From the NCBI RefSeq assembly GCF_006345805.1, contig NC_042998.1, forward strand, positions 66,278,001 to 66,342,000: 64,000 nucleotides of DNA. Reading direction: 5' to 3'. The translations under genes were made by a program, and so were the position numbers. Positions 1 through 10,779 of the stretch are shown piece after piece (within the stretch, counting starts at the first letter, position 1; every line of letters starts with the position of its first letter). The notes under the pieces are model-generated. The model ran no database searches, was not told where the DNA came from, and saw only the letters and a list, made by a program, of their open reading frames with translations. The stretch comes from Octopus sinensis. Lineage: Eukaryota.

Positions 1-394
1 AAAGATCTAAACTTGTCACATAATATAACACGGTTACTGTATTTCAGACTTAAACTGCAATTACACCTGTCTGCAATATGCTCTGCCATATCCACGTTAC
101 TTTATCATGTTCATTAGTTTACTTTATAGAATAACTGAATATTCATCATCGATAGTAGTGAAGCGTCTATTTCTGTTCTTTTTTCGTATTCTTTATATAT
201 CTACGCGAGTCTGTTGTACCATTTTCCTTGATTACTTTGGTTTCTAAATTTTCTTTGTATACTGCAGTTATTTATTTTATTGATTCACAGCAAATTTTAA
301 CCACCGTTTCTTAAATTTTAATATTGTGTTTGTCTTCTAAGACATTTTTTCATTTGTGTTCTAAGACATTATGCGTCTTATAATTGGTTTTATC

Positions 395-462
<68 letters not shown>

Positions 463-874
463 TGTGTGTGTGTGTATTTACTTTAATCCTTCTTTGTTTC
501 CTTTTGTTGCTATTGTTCTGCTGTTTATTTGTTTGCTTTGCTGTTTGTTTTTTTTCATTACATGGAATTGCTTTTAAATGTATCATCGAAGTTAGTTTGG
601 TTTGTTGGGAATAGTAAATGTCTCACAAGTTGTTCTTACTTTAATGTTTTCCATGATTACATGCTATACTCTCGTTTATTTACAGCGGACTTTTTTTGTG
701 GAGAATTCTTGATTCACTTTTGGAACTTAGTATTATTCATCAAAGTTCTCTTTACATTTCAAACAGCGAAATCAACATTGTTCCAAATTCACCATTGTTT
801 ATATATATATATAATATATATCTATATATATATATATATATTATATATATATATATGTATGTGTGTGTGTATAT

Positions 875-971
<97 letters not shown>

Positions 972-984
972 CTTATGTATGTAT

Positions 985-1185
985 TTATTTGTCTCCGTTT
1001 GTCCCCCACCATCGTTGACAACTGATGTTGGTGTTTACATTCCCGTCACTTAAAGATTCGATATAAGAGACCGACAGATGTACTAGGCTTACAAAGCATA
1101 AATTCTGGGGTCTATTTGTTCGACTGTAGGCGCTGATCCAGCATGGCCACAGTCAAATTACTGAAACAAGTAAGAGAATATAAGA
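985..1185 (+). mobile_element. 3' half of octopus-type tRNA-derived SINE (same family as 49337-49715 and 50770-51162)
   Basis: Reverse-complement match by eye to the tail of 50770-50950 (gttgacaactgatgttggtgtttac...ccagcatggccacagtcaaattactgaaacaagtaagaga). Further decayed tail fragments at about 2100-2230, 17390-17580, 33455-33570, 36905-36955 and 53750-53850. Confidence 0.8.
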
Positions 1186-1233
1186 ATAAAACAAAAGAAT
1201 ATATATATGTTGATATATATATATTATATATGT

Positions 1234-1291
<58 letters not shown>

Positions 1292-1375
1292 GTGTATTTA
1301 TAATATAGATAATATATATATATGCATATATACATACGTATATGTACATACTTCTATACGTATATATATATATAT

Positions 1376-1410
<35 letters not shown>

Positions 1411-1623
1411 ATGCATATGTCGCCACAGGACCTCATGAAACGTGTACAACAAAAGAGTACGTAGCATGAGTATATGGGACGGCAATTATTCTTTCAAACA
1501 ACGAGACACAAATGGAAATCATAATAAACATAAAGAACGACCCTTTATCAGTTTTTGGCTGTTTTTCTAGTATCGTATTTCGAGCATTTGATACACGCAC
1601 ACACACATACATGTATGGATATG

Positions 1624-1690
<67 letters not shown>

Positions 1691-2379
1691 CGATAAATGG
1701 TTCAGAAGGCTGTCATTATATATACTATAATCAACAAAATGTTAAAAGATATTTTGGCTGCAATTCGTCCTTCTAGTATGTTCTATATCTTCATATATTC
1801 TTTTTGGTGGCGAAGGCACTCCAATATTTTTTTTTTATGTGAGTTTCAGCTTATGTATTTTAATCACATATACGGTTACTATCATTTGCGTTTCAGTTAG
1901 CATTGACAACTTTTCCATCTTTTTCAAGCCGCACCATTTTAAAGATATATTTGTATAAATATTAATTATTGATTAGAAATACCAATTTGATCGAGATGTT
2001 AAATCTTAATATCGCTCTCATCTAGTTAAAATACAAAACCTTGTTTATAGTGAATGTTTCGGTTTATTTTATCTTTTATCTTTTACTTGTTTTTTATTTT
2101 ATACCTCGGCCATGCTGACGCACTGCCTTAAAGAATATTACTCAAATGAATAAATCATTGTACTTAGGATATTAAGCCCGATAATTGCCGAACTGCTAGG
2201 TTACGGAAAATAGACAAATGCTGAGAAAACGGTGAATCTAACTCACAGCATTTTATTATTAAACAGTCATAATGGGAATGAATAAATATAATTGAATGTT
2301 ATTTATAGAATTTTGACTTACTATCGAGTAACTTTTGGCCAACTCTATATATACACGCAAAAACACACACACACAACAT

Positions 2380-2442
<63 letters not shown>

Positions 2443-2443
2443 T

Positions 2444-2845
2444 TCAACTACCATCCATGTAGCATCTCTTATATTCCTTCCACAACTTTAACCTCTTATA
2501 TTCCTGCGGTAAGGCTTCTCTTCCACACACGTCAGCGTACTTGAATTCGTCCTTAGTCGGAAAAAACATGTTGTTAATATCATGTTGTTTGTATTTGTAA
2601 TTGTGTACCATTTTCCCATTGATTTCCTCCTTTTTATACATTCGCTTGCTTTCTTCAAAGGAGTCTAGTCGTCTTAGCTTAGATTTTCTTGGAGCCGGCC
2701 AGATTGGCGCAGTCTCGAGTGTATCCGGCGGAAACTGCAAAAACGATCTAGAACTCGACTGAGGATAGAGATCTCCGAAGGATAGTCCTTGTTTTTTTAC
2801 TGTCCTTGTATTGTATCTTCTAACTGCCCGAATAATTCTTGTCAC
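2444..2845 (-). pseudogene. Isolated 133-codon open frame between (TA)n tracts; possibly a Ty3/Gypsy- or Ginger-type integrase C-terminal (GPY/F) fragment
   Basis: Non-low-complexity ORF. RRYNTRTVKKQGLSFGDL, APIWPAPR and NGKMVHNYK loosely echo the GPY/F module pattern (RRYD..R.....F.VGDLV...L.P.W.GPY...HV). Inference only. Confidence 0.35.
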
Positions 2846-2870
2846 CTGTTACATTCTTGTTGTTTTCTCG

Positions 2871-2915
<45 letters not shown>

Positions 2916-2930
2916 CACCTCGTTCAGAGA

Positions 2931-3015
<85 letters not shown>

Positions 3016-3059
3016 GTGTGTGTGTGTGTGTATGTGTGTGTGTACGACGAGCTTCTTTC

Positions 3060-3420
3060 ATTATCTGTATTCCACTCTATTTTAGATTTAGGGTTAGTTA
3101 GGGTTAGGGGTAGGGGAAGGGTATCTTTTTTCCTTCAGAAATGTAAATAAACACAATGTGTTTCTTAAACGAGGGACATATTCATACGGCACAGAATGCT
3201 TTTTAACTCAATAGACGCCAGTGTTTGGTTTAAATTGCAGAAATTGAAGAAATTAAAGACAAAATATATCACAAATTATAGAATTTTCTCAATAAAGCCA
3301 AGAGAAAAATATGTTTTATAAACACATTCTAGCAGTATACGAAGTTTAAAATTTTTTAGTTACCTAGAAATTATGTTAAAAGCTGCCGTTCAAACCGAAA
3401 AGATCCCTTTTTTCAGTTAG
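3060..3420. repeat. Interspersed repeat with short degenerate TTAGGG run
   Basis: tttagggttagttagggttaggggtagggg at 3088-3118 followed by unique-looking sequence ending gaaaagatccc; class not determinable. Confidence 0.4.
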
Positions 3421-3888
3421 AGTAATACCTGGACAAATACATGCATGTGACTTGTCATCCACGTTATTCATAAATCTTGACATGTTGCTTCTGTAAACAT
3501 AACATACTTTTCTCTCTAGCAGAATATGCTATTTATTTATTTATTTATTTAATTATTCATTTATATTTTGTGCAGAGGATATCCGTTCTAAGAATTAGAT
3601 AATACTCTGGGCAAGTTATTATTATAATTATCTACAACTTTACGGATTAAGTCTGCAAATCTTTGTTAGTGGCAAAACAAAATATCCTGATAATTTGCTT
3701 TCTCTTAACATTCATCTTATGTGGATTTACTTGTATGTATGTTTTAACAATATATTTTTTCCTTTGCCTCGCGAACACTTTGTGCTATGTTTTTTATAAA
3801 TAAAATGTTCATTATTATTATTATCATTTTTGCTAATGCTATTATTATTTTATCTTTATTTTCATTATAATAATAATAATTATTATTA

Positions 3889-3952
<64 letters not shown>

Positions 3953-3994
3953 AATATTATTATTATTGTTGTTTGTTGGTGTTGCTATTGTTAT

Positions 3995-4090
3995 TAAGGC
4001 ATTGCTTTACGTTGTCAGTTCAAATTCCTTCAAGGTCGAATTCGTCTTTTCATCCTGTCTGGTCGATGAAATAGTTACTAGATGAACAAG
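3995..4090 (+). mobile_element. Decayed fragment of OK-like tRNA-derived SINE
   Basis: gttcaaattcc...ggtcga...tttcatcc...ggtcgatgaaat core shared with 10543-10775 and 13088-13285. Confidence 0.65.
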
Positions 4091-4159
4091 GGGATTGACG
4101 AAATCGACGAAGCCCTTCTCGTAGAGATTTTCAAGAATATGTCGATACTTTAAAGGTTT

Positions 4160-5785
4160 ATAGTTATTATTTCATATCCGCACGAAAGATTAGATTGTGG
4201 GGAAAAAATCCTAACATCGGGCTACATCAAGTAACCTTAGATGCCAAGAAGCCTCATAAGTATCTTATCTGTTGCTAGTAACATTGTTTTCTGGTGCTGC
4301 GCTAAAGTAGGTTTTATGCCTATATTCTCTATCTATCTCTTCAATTCTTTATGGATAATTAATAATGCACCTTTAACTATACGGATACATTTTACATACA
4401 TGCATTTCCCACAGTCTCTGTAACTCAATAGCTGGCCTGATACTTTGCTATTTTCTCTATTCCTCTCAAATTGACTATTCCATTAGTTGGGACTGTAAAG
4501 TCAATTATCTTGTACTTTCTATTTTCTGTATCTACTTACTACCAAATGAGGCCTTCTAGCACTTACTATTCCGTAAGTCTGAATATTAAAGCCCCATAAA
4601 ATCTTATATTCCTTACTTTCTAGCGCTTTACTAGGTTCCTGTTTCTATCATTTATCAGTATGTTCAAATCATAGTTATCTACAGAATCCCAGTGGATAAT
4701 TCTCTCTAGGTCGTCATGTCTTTTCTTGTATTCTTTCTGTGCTAGCGTGCTACTTTCACTTCTTATATATATGACTAACACTTTCGTCTTTTGATTTACA
4801 TAAACTACATTGGGAATCCATCTGGTTTTGTCCATTTAGTCTTCAATTCTTTTCCTTATGCTGTACAAACAAACTTTTTGTCACTCTTTCAGCCTTCCTC
4901 TCACTATTACTATATTCTGAAACTATCTTTGAGAATCCACCATGCAAAGCCTACTCTATCCAGTCAGATAATCTTCCTTCTCTTTGTTCCTGGCTCTTAA
5001 CTTCTTTTGGTTTGTTGCGATGACTATGCCCTGTTGTTATTTTAGCAGCTCTTACACTTCCTTCACTATCGCCTACTTACGTGGCTTTGTCTTCTCTTGC
5101 TAACTCCACGAAGTCTTCTACTGATATTAACGCTCGTCCGCCTTCCTTTCTTGGTAAGTAAAATCTTGTTGCTCCCGTTCTTGATTTAAATTCTCCATCA
5201 TATTGCATTCATTTTAAGTCTAAATTTGTTAGTTTAGATTTTGCTCAATCCACAAAAGCAGCTGTTCAAGTATCTACAGCCTTCACCATATTCCGACCAT
5301 TTAGCTTTGACTTCATTCGCTTCTTCACACTTCTATTGTACTCTTTCTAAACTTTCGTCTTCATTTCTATAATCAGTATTCTGCCCGATTCCAATACTTC
5401 TAGATACTTATAACTCACATATTCTTTCAGTGATTTCAGTGTCTGCCCATATGGTAATTGGTTGTATTCATTGCTGAATACATGTCCCATTTTCATATCT
5501 AATATATCGCTCTTGTCTATGACAAATTACATGTCTATATTTTTGCTGAATAATTTTATAGATTTTCATTCTTACTATGAAGTTTCAGTTCATCCATATT
5601 GATCAAATTGCTAATATTTCCTTTCTTATCTCTAAATTGATACCCTGGCTTTACCTTTCTTAAATTTAAACTGAAGGGGATTAAGTATAACACAAATTTT
5701 AACAAGTCTCCATGATATAAAATTTCGCAATGGCTTTGTCACCTGAGTGGAGATCTACTTAACATTTCTTCATAGTATGGCTAAC

Positions 5786-5786
<1 letters not shown>
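4160..5786 (-). mobile_element. Decayed, 5'-truncated R4/Dong-clade RLE non-LTR retrotransposon
   Basis: Minus-strand remnants: STLAQKEYKKRHDDLERIIHW (RHD motif after CCHC), C-terminus QKTMLLATDKILMRLLGI*, and RT remnants near 5650-5750. These are paralogous to the 1296-aa ORF; many stops and frameshifts. Confidence 0.85.
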
Positions 5787-5822
<36 letters not shown>

Positions 5823-8800
5823 GTCATTTACTTTTAATCTGCATGTTTGATGCAATCACCTGCCGGGGCACACCCAGCGCCCTAGGGCAAGTGAAGGTTA
5901 AGAGTTGTTGAAATATAGCTGAAAGCTTGGGGAGGGGAAGTAGAGATATATCTCCATGTAATGCAAACACAGACATTTACATTGATAGGGTTTTTCTAAG
6001 GATGTGGGCAGTACTTGTTAGCACAATCTTTTGGATTTCCTTGAGACATGGTTTTCCAGGGATATTGTCTAGGTGTTTCTGACATCCCTTTTTTATCATA
6101 CCTAGGGCACCTACAATAACAGGAACAGTTTTTGTTTTAAGATTCCACATCCTCTGTATTTCGATTTCCAGGTCCTTATATTTACTAAGTTTGTCAAATT
6201 CCTTGACAGATACATTTTTATCAGTGGGGACGCTTACTTCTATTAGTCTGCAGGTATTTTCTTCCCTGTCTTTAACAATTATGTCTGGTCGATTAGCCTT
6301 GATCGTTCTGTCAGTGTTGACTGGAAAATCCCAGAGGATGGTGACATCTTTACCTTCAACAACTGGCTGAGGATGGTGTTCATACCAGTTAGCAGGAGTG
6401 TCGGATTTGTAGTGTTTACATATCTTCCAATGTATATACTGTCCTACCCTATCGTGGCGATTTTTGTATTCGTTTGGTGTCAGCACAGGACATCCCGAAA
6501 CGAGATGGTCTATCGTTTCGTCAAATGTGTCGCAGAATCTGCATTTAGGGTCAGTACCGTTTCGGAGAACGTTAGCCTGGTAATTTCTGGTAAACAAGCT
6601 TTGATCTTGTGCTGCCATTATGAAACCTTCAGTCTCTGCTTTCAATCCAGAGCTCTTCAGCCACTGATGGGTTGTTGCTTGGTCTACATCAGCATTTTGG
6701 CTTCGGAGAATATATTGTCCATGCAGGGGCTTCTGGCTCCACCGCCTCTCAATTTGATTCTGCCCGTTCTTTTTTGCAGTCTGCTTGATTCGCTTTGCTT
6801 GCTTGGTAGCAGTGGTTTCCAGCTCTTCATCTGATTCAAGGTTAATGTCTAGTTCCCTTTCGAACTTATAAGCTTCCTTGACAATAGAATGCAGCTTTTT
6901 GTTGCTTTCGTGTTCGCACACAAGTCGCAGCATCCAGTCGTTTGTACTAGATAGGTACCTGTTCATTCCTACAGTAGAGGTCTTATAGCACAGCTCTAAT
7001 TGCATCATTCCTCTCCCCCCGCTGCTTCTAGGTAGGTACAAGCGGTCTACATCTGCCTTAGGGTGGTGCATGCTCTTGGATGTCAGTAACTTTCTTGTCT
7101 TCCTGTCTAAGCGTTGGAGTTCCGTAAGGTTCCAGTTAATGATATTAAAACTGTACTGGACTACTGGAAGTGCTAGGGTGTTAATGGCATCAATGCAATT
7201 TTTGGAGTTGAGTTCAGTCTTCAGTACAAGCCTTATTCTCCTATAGTATTCCTTTCTTATTTTTTGCTTCATAGTAGCATGATGTATACCATCTCCTTCG
7301 TTGATTCCTAGGTATTTGTAACTTTCCTGTGGGTCAAGTTCCTTGATGGTAGTGTCAATATCTAATTTAACAGAAGCTGTTTGCCTGAGCTTGCCTCTTA
7401 CAAAAGTTGCTTTAGCACACTTATCAAGGCCAAAATCGATTCCGATATCATTGCTAAACTCTTTAACAGTTGTTAGCAGCCCTTCTAGCTCTTGGTCATT
7501 CCTGGCAAACAGCTTTAGGTCGTCCATATAGAAAAGATGGTTTATTAATTTACTAAAAACTTTGTACCCATATCTGGTACTATCCAATTCGTTTGAGAGT
7601 GGGATCAGTGCCATGCAAAAAAGTAATGGAGAGAGGGAGTCACCTTGAAAGATGCCTCGTTTGATGTTGATGCTGTTGGACTGGCTCATCCCATTACTAT
7701 GGCTTAGAAAGAGACGTGTGTTCCACATGGTCATGCTATTCTCTAAGAATTTTGAGACGACAAGAGAGATCTTGTATATCTCAAGGGCCTTGAGTATCCA
7801 TTTATGTGGGACACTGTCATACGCTTTCCTGTAGTCTATCCATGCCATACTCAGGTTTTTGTTTTTGCTCCGGCAATTCTCTATAATCATTCTGTTTATG
7901 AGCAATTGGTCTTTGCACCCATAAGAGTTTCTTTTACAACCTTTTTGAGCTTGTGGAAGGATAGAATTTTGTTCAAGGAAAGCGTACATTCTCTCCGTTA
8001 TTATGGATGTGAGGATTTTGTAGGTGGTGTTGAGACATGTTATTGGCCGGTAATTCTTTGGGTTTTTTGTGTCTTCGGTTTTAGGTAATAGGTAGGTGGT
8101 TCCTTCAGTCAGCCAAGCAGGTATTTGCTCTGGGTTCTGAATGACATCAGACAGAGATGCAGCGAGATGTTCGTGTACCTCTGTCAAACAATTCAGCCAG
8201 AAGTTAGGGATCCGATCCAGTCCTGGGGTTTTCCATTTATGAGCCTTCCTAAGGACACACCTTAGCTCCTCTATTCCTATTGCTTCCCATTTCTGTTCTT
8301 CAAGTTCATCCAGTCTCTCTTTCTCACGTTCTATCCAGTCAGCCTCAGCATTAAACTCTTTTTCGTTGCTCCATACCTTCTTCCAGAACTCCTCCACTTC
8401 CTCAATCTTAGGTGGATCTTCTATGTGTATTTTATTTTTGCCAATTTCCCTATAAAATTTCTTTGCATCTGTCTTAAAAAATTTATTTTGTCGATAAAAT
8501 TTGTTTCTTTTGTCATACCTTCTAAGCCGTTGAGCTTTCAACTGTATCCGTTGTTTCAACAGTTCCTTAGTTGCAGGGAGGTTTATGAGATCTTTGATTT
8601 TATATTTTTGCTTGATTTTTCTAGCTTTTCTCGGCTTAATATTCACTCCTCTAGCAAGCTCATCGAGAACTGAAACATCCGCCCGCAGAGATTCAATCTC
8701 TTTTTGTATCGCTACTTTCCACTTAGGAGGTTCATTGACATGCCTGGCCTTTTTCTTTGTCATCTTAATACCTAGTTGGGTAGTTACTACTTTAGCAGTG

Positions 8801-10125
8801 GAATAAATGAGATTATTTAAGGTTGTCAAATCATTCCCCTTATTTCTTAAGATCTGTCCTAGGGCAACGTTATATGTCATGATTGTGTTGTTATTTCTTG
8901 TGCCATTTGAAAACTTTGGTAGTGGTTCTCTATTAACTATGTCAGTGAGCTCAATCTTGCCGAGTTCTCTCATAATGTCGACTTTTGCTTCCATAATCTT
9001 TTCTCTATTATTCACCTCAAATTCTATGTCATATCTACTTTGGTTTTCTTGAGGAAGGTCTACGTTCTCCTCTTTTTTCAAATCTCTCGTCTTCGCTATT
9101 CTTTGTTTAACTTCCCCATTGGGAAGTTGATTTGCCGCTTGTACACTAGCTTCTGTGCTACTGTTACCTATTTCGTCTACATTGTTGCTGTTTTCTTTTG
9201 GTCTACCATGAGCTATCAGTGTCCTAATTTTGTCAATTTCAGCGTCAGTTAGTCTTTTGTTTTTAATTATATCTCTGCGTACATTACTTAATTTATTTGC
9301 GTCTATATATCTACGTACGTCATTGCCTACTGAATTTCTCCATGAGATGTATGTTTGTACACTGAGGTTATTATTTGGGTTTAGTTGGGCTGTATAAAAA
9401 GCTTTCAACCCATCTCTATAGTCCTCTCTGGTCCATTTTATACGTTTTGCTTTAGGTGGTGTTTTTGGTGGTGTCACTACAAGTCCAGAGTTAGAAGTAT
9501 TCTGGTTCTGGTCACCTGGTAGATCGTCTTTTTGAGAGTTTGTTCCAGCAGCAAACTTTTCGACCCCAGTCTGGTTCCCTACTGGGTAACGCGGTCCTTG
9601 TTGTCCCGGGCGATGACCGATCCGGCATGATTTTTGGCTTGTTTTCATTAAATGATTGACGGCGACATCAGAGGGGTCCATTTTTTCAGAGTCAACTTTT
9701 GACAAGACGGTGTCGTTAGAAGAAGGGAGTGTTTGTACAGGGTCAATTTTTTGACAAGACACCGCTTCTGAATTCTCCGAATTAATATATTGTTCATATC
9801 GAACTCGCATAAGACTTACAGATCGAAATTCGCCTCTATTTATTTTGGTAGTCATGTTTCCGGGCATAACTGTTCAGTGACCAATTTGCTCTTTTTTTCG
9901 TTTGTTCTTGAAAAATCGCTTTGTTTTTGTTTTGTTTTCGTCCGCGAACCGTGGTTTTTCTTTCTGTGTGTACGTGTGAGCGCGTGTAAGCATTATTTAT
10001 GCTTTATAATTAAAATGTGTACATGTATGCACAAACAGTTGCATGTATACTTTACAATTAAAATGTCTACGTGTATGCATAAACAGTTGCATGTATACTT
10101 ATTTAATTAATTAATTAATTAATCA
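5786..10125 (-). mobile_element. Apparently full-length R4/Dong-clade (RLE) non-LTR retrotransposon with (TAA)12 3' tract
   Basis: Single long ORF, about 155-nt 3' UTR running into (TAA)n at 5786-5822, and about 230-nt 5' UTR ending at a 48-bp tandem duplication and (TAAT)n near 10100-10125. The exact 5' boundary is uncertain. Confidence 0.9.
5977..9867 (-). CDS. 1296-aa retrotransposon polyprotein: Myb-like DNA-binding domain, reverse transcriptase, CCHC zinc knuckle, restriction-like endonuclease
   Basis: RIKWTREDY...KLSNVRRDIIKNKRLTDAEID (Myb-like, R4 type). RT motifs: KTPGLDRIPNFWL, NYRPITCL, QKGCK, AWIDYRKAYDSVPH, GIFQGDSLSPLLF, YMDDLKLF, FGLDKCA, YKYLG. CRFCDTFDETIDHLVSGC (C-x2-C-x8-H-x4-C); RHD; RPDIIVKD..LIEVSVP..KLSKY (PD-(D/E)xK). 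No internal stop. Confidence 0.95.
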   Translation of the reverse strand: MPGNMTTKINRGEFRSVSLMRVRYEQYINSENSEAVSCQKIDPVQTLPSSNDTVLSKVDSEKMDPSDVAVNHLMKTSQKSCRIGHRPGQQGPRYPVGNQTGVEKFAAGTNSQKDDLPGDQNQNTSNSGLVVTPPKTPPKAKRIKWTREDYRDGLKAFYTAQLNPNNNLSVQTYISWRNSVGNDVRRYIDANKLSNVRRDIIKNKRLTDAEIDKIRTLIAHGRPKENSNNVDEIGNSSTEASVQAANQLPNGEVKQRIAKTRDLKKEENVDLPQENQSRYDIEFEVNNREKIMEAKVDIMRELGKIELTDIVNREPLPKFSNGTRNNNTIMTYNVALGQILRNKGNDLTTLNNLIYSTAKVVTTQLGIKMTKKKARHVNEPPKWKVAIQKEIESLRADVSVLDELARGVNIKPRKARKIKQKYKIKDLINLPATKELLKQRIQLKAQRLRRYDKRNKFYRQNKFFKTDAKKFYREIGKNKIHIEDPPKIEEVEEFWKKVWSNEKEFNAEADWIEREKERLDELEEQKWEAIGIEELRCVLRKAHKWKTPGLDRIPNFWLNCLTEVHEHLAASLSDVIQNPEQIPAWLTEGTTYLLPKTEDTKNPKNYRPITCLNTTYKILTSIITERMYAFLEQNSILPQAQKGCKRNSYGCKDQLLINRMIIENCRSKNKNLSMAWIDYRKAYDSVPHKWILKALEIYKISLVVSKFLENSMTMWNTRLFLSHSNGMSQSNSINIKRGIFQGDSLSPLLFCMALIPLSNELDSTRYGYKVFSKLINHLFYMDDLKLFARNDQELEGLLTTVKEFSNDIGIDFGLDKCAKATFVRGKLRQTASVKLDIDTTIKELDPQESYKYLGINEGDGIHHATMKQKIRKEYYRRIRLVLKTELNSKNCIDAINTLALPVVQYSFNIINWNLTELQRLDRKTRKLLTSKSMHHPKADVDRLYLPRSSGGRGMMQLELCYKTSTVGMNRYLSSTNDWMLRLVCEHESNKKLHSIVKEAYKFERELDINLESDEELETTATKQAKRIKQTAKKNGQNQIERRWSQKPLHGQYILRSQNADVDQATTHQWLKSSGLKAETEGFIMAAQDQSLFTRNYQANVLRNGTDPKCRFCDTFDETIDHLVSGCPVLTPNEYKNRHDRVGQYIHWKICKHYKSDTPANWYEHHPQPVVEGKDVTILWDFPVNTDRTIKANRPDIIVKDREENTCRLIEVSVPTDKNVSVKEFDKLSKYKDLEIEIQRMWNLKTKTVPVIVGALGMIKKGCQKHLDNIPGKPCLKEIQKIVLTSTAHILRKTLSM

Positions 10126-10415
10126 ATTTATGTACTTACTGTCTTTCAAGAGCTCTGATGTTCGCTTCTATTTCTTATGCATGTCACATGGAATTATTAT
10201 GCATAAAAGAAAGAAAACCATACTATATATGGCAATAATAGTTCGGACTTTTTAGTTACTTTGCCTTAAAAGAAAGTTTGGAAAAAGATATTTTGTGGAA
10301 CCTTTCTTCCATTGCAACGATGTTGTTGGATTAAATTCGTTTTTTGGAGAGAGGCTCCCAGGGAACATCCATGTTGTTATTCAGCCTTAACATCCATGTT
10401 CTTCTTCTTCTTCTT

Positions 10416-10539
<124 letters not shown>

Positions 10540-10542
10540 TAT

Positions 10543-10775
10543 TAAGGCAACGCTCTAACAATCGTTAGCACACCAGGCAACATGCTTAGCGGGATTTCGT
10601 CTACTCTTACGTTCTGAGTTCAAATTCCGCCGTGGTCGACTTTGCCTTTCATCATTTCGGGGTCGATGAAATAAATACTGGTGAAACACAGGGTTCTATG
10701 TAATAGACAAGTCCCCTACTCCAAATTTCAGGTCTTGTGCCTTTAGTATAAAGGATTATTATTAGCATTATTATT
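10543..10775 (+). mobile_element. OK-like tRNA-derived SINE, (ATT)n-tailed subfamily
   Basis: Head aaggc..gaatcgttagc...gagttcaaattccgcc (B-box-like); core gtcgactttgcctttcatc..tcggggtcgat; tail aaatttcaggtcttgtgcct..aaaggattattatt. Same family at 13088-13285 (+), 27605-27810 (+) and 38590-38805 (-). Confidence 0.85.
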
Positions 10776-10779
10776 GAAG

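Noticed and set aside
350-1900. Many 60-170-aa ORFs rich in IY/VC/YI repeats (also throughout the window)
   Set aside because: They are translations of (TA)n, (TG)n, (ATT)n and (TATG)n microsatellites, which lack stop codons in some frames.
6373-9252. Plus-strand ORFs (153 aa and shorter) overlapping the retrotransposon
   Set aside because: Antisense shadows of the long minus ORF with no recognisable motifs.
9868-10125. HDV-like ribozyme in the 5' UTR, as in R2 and some other non-LTR elements
   Set aside because: The UTR is AT-rich and I could not build P1/P2/P3/P1.1. The pseudoknot at 9592-9626 lacks a P3/L3.
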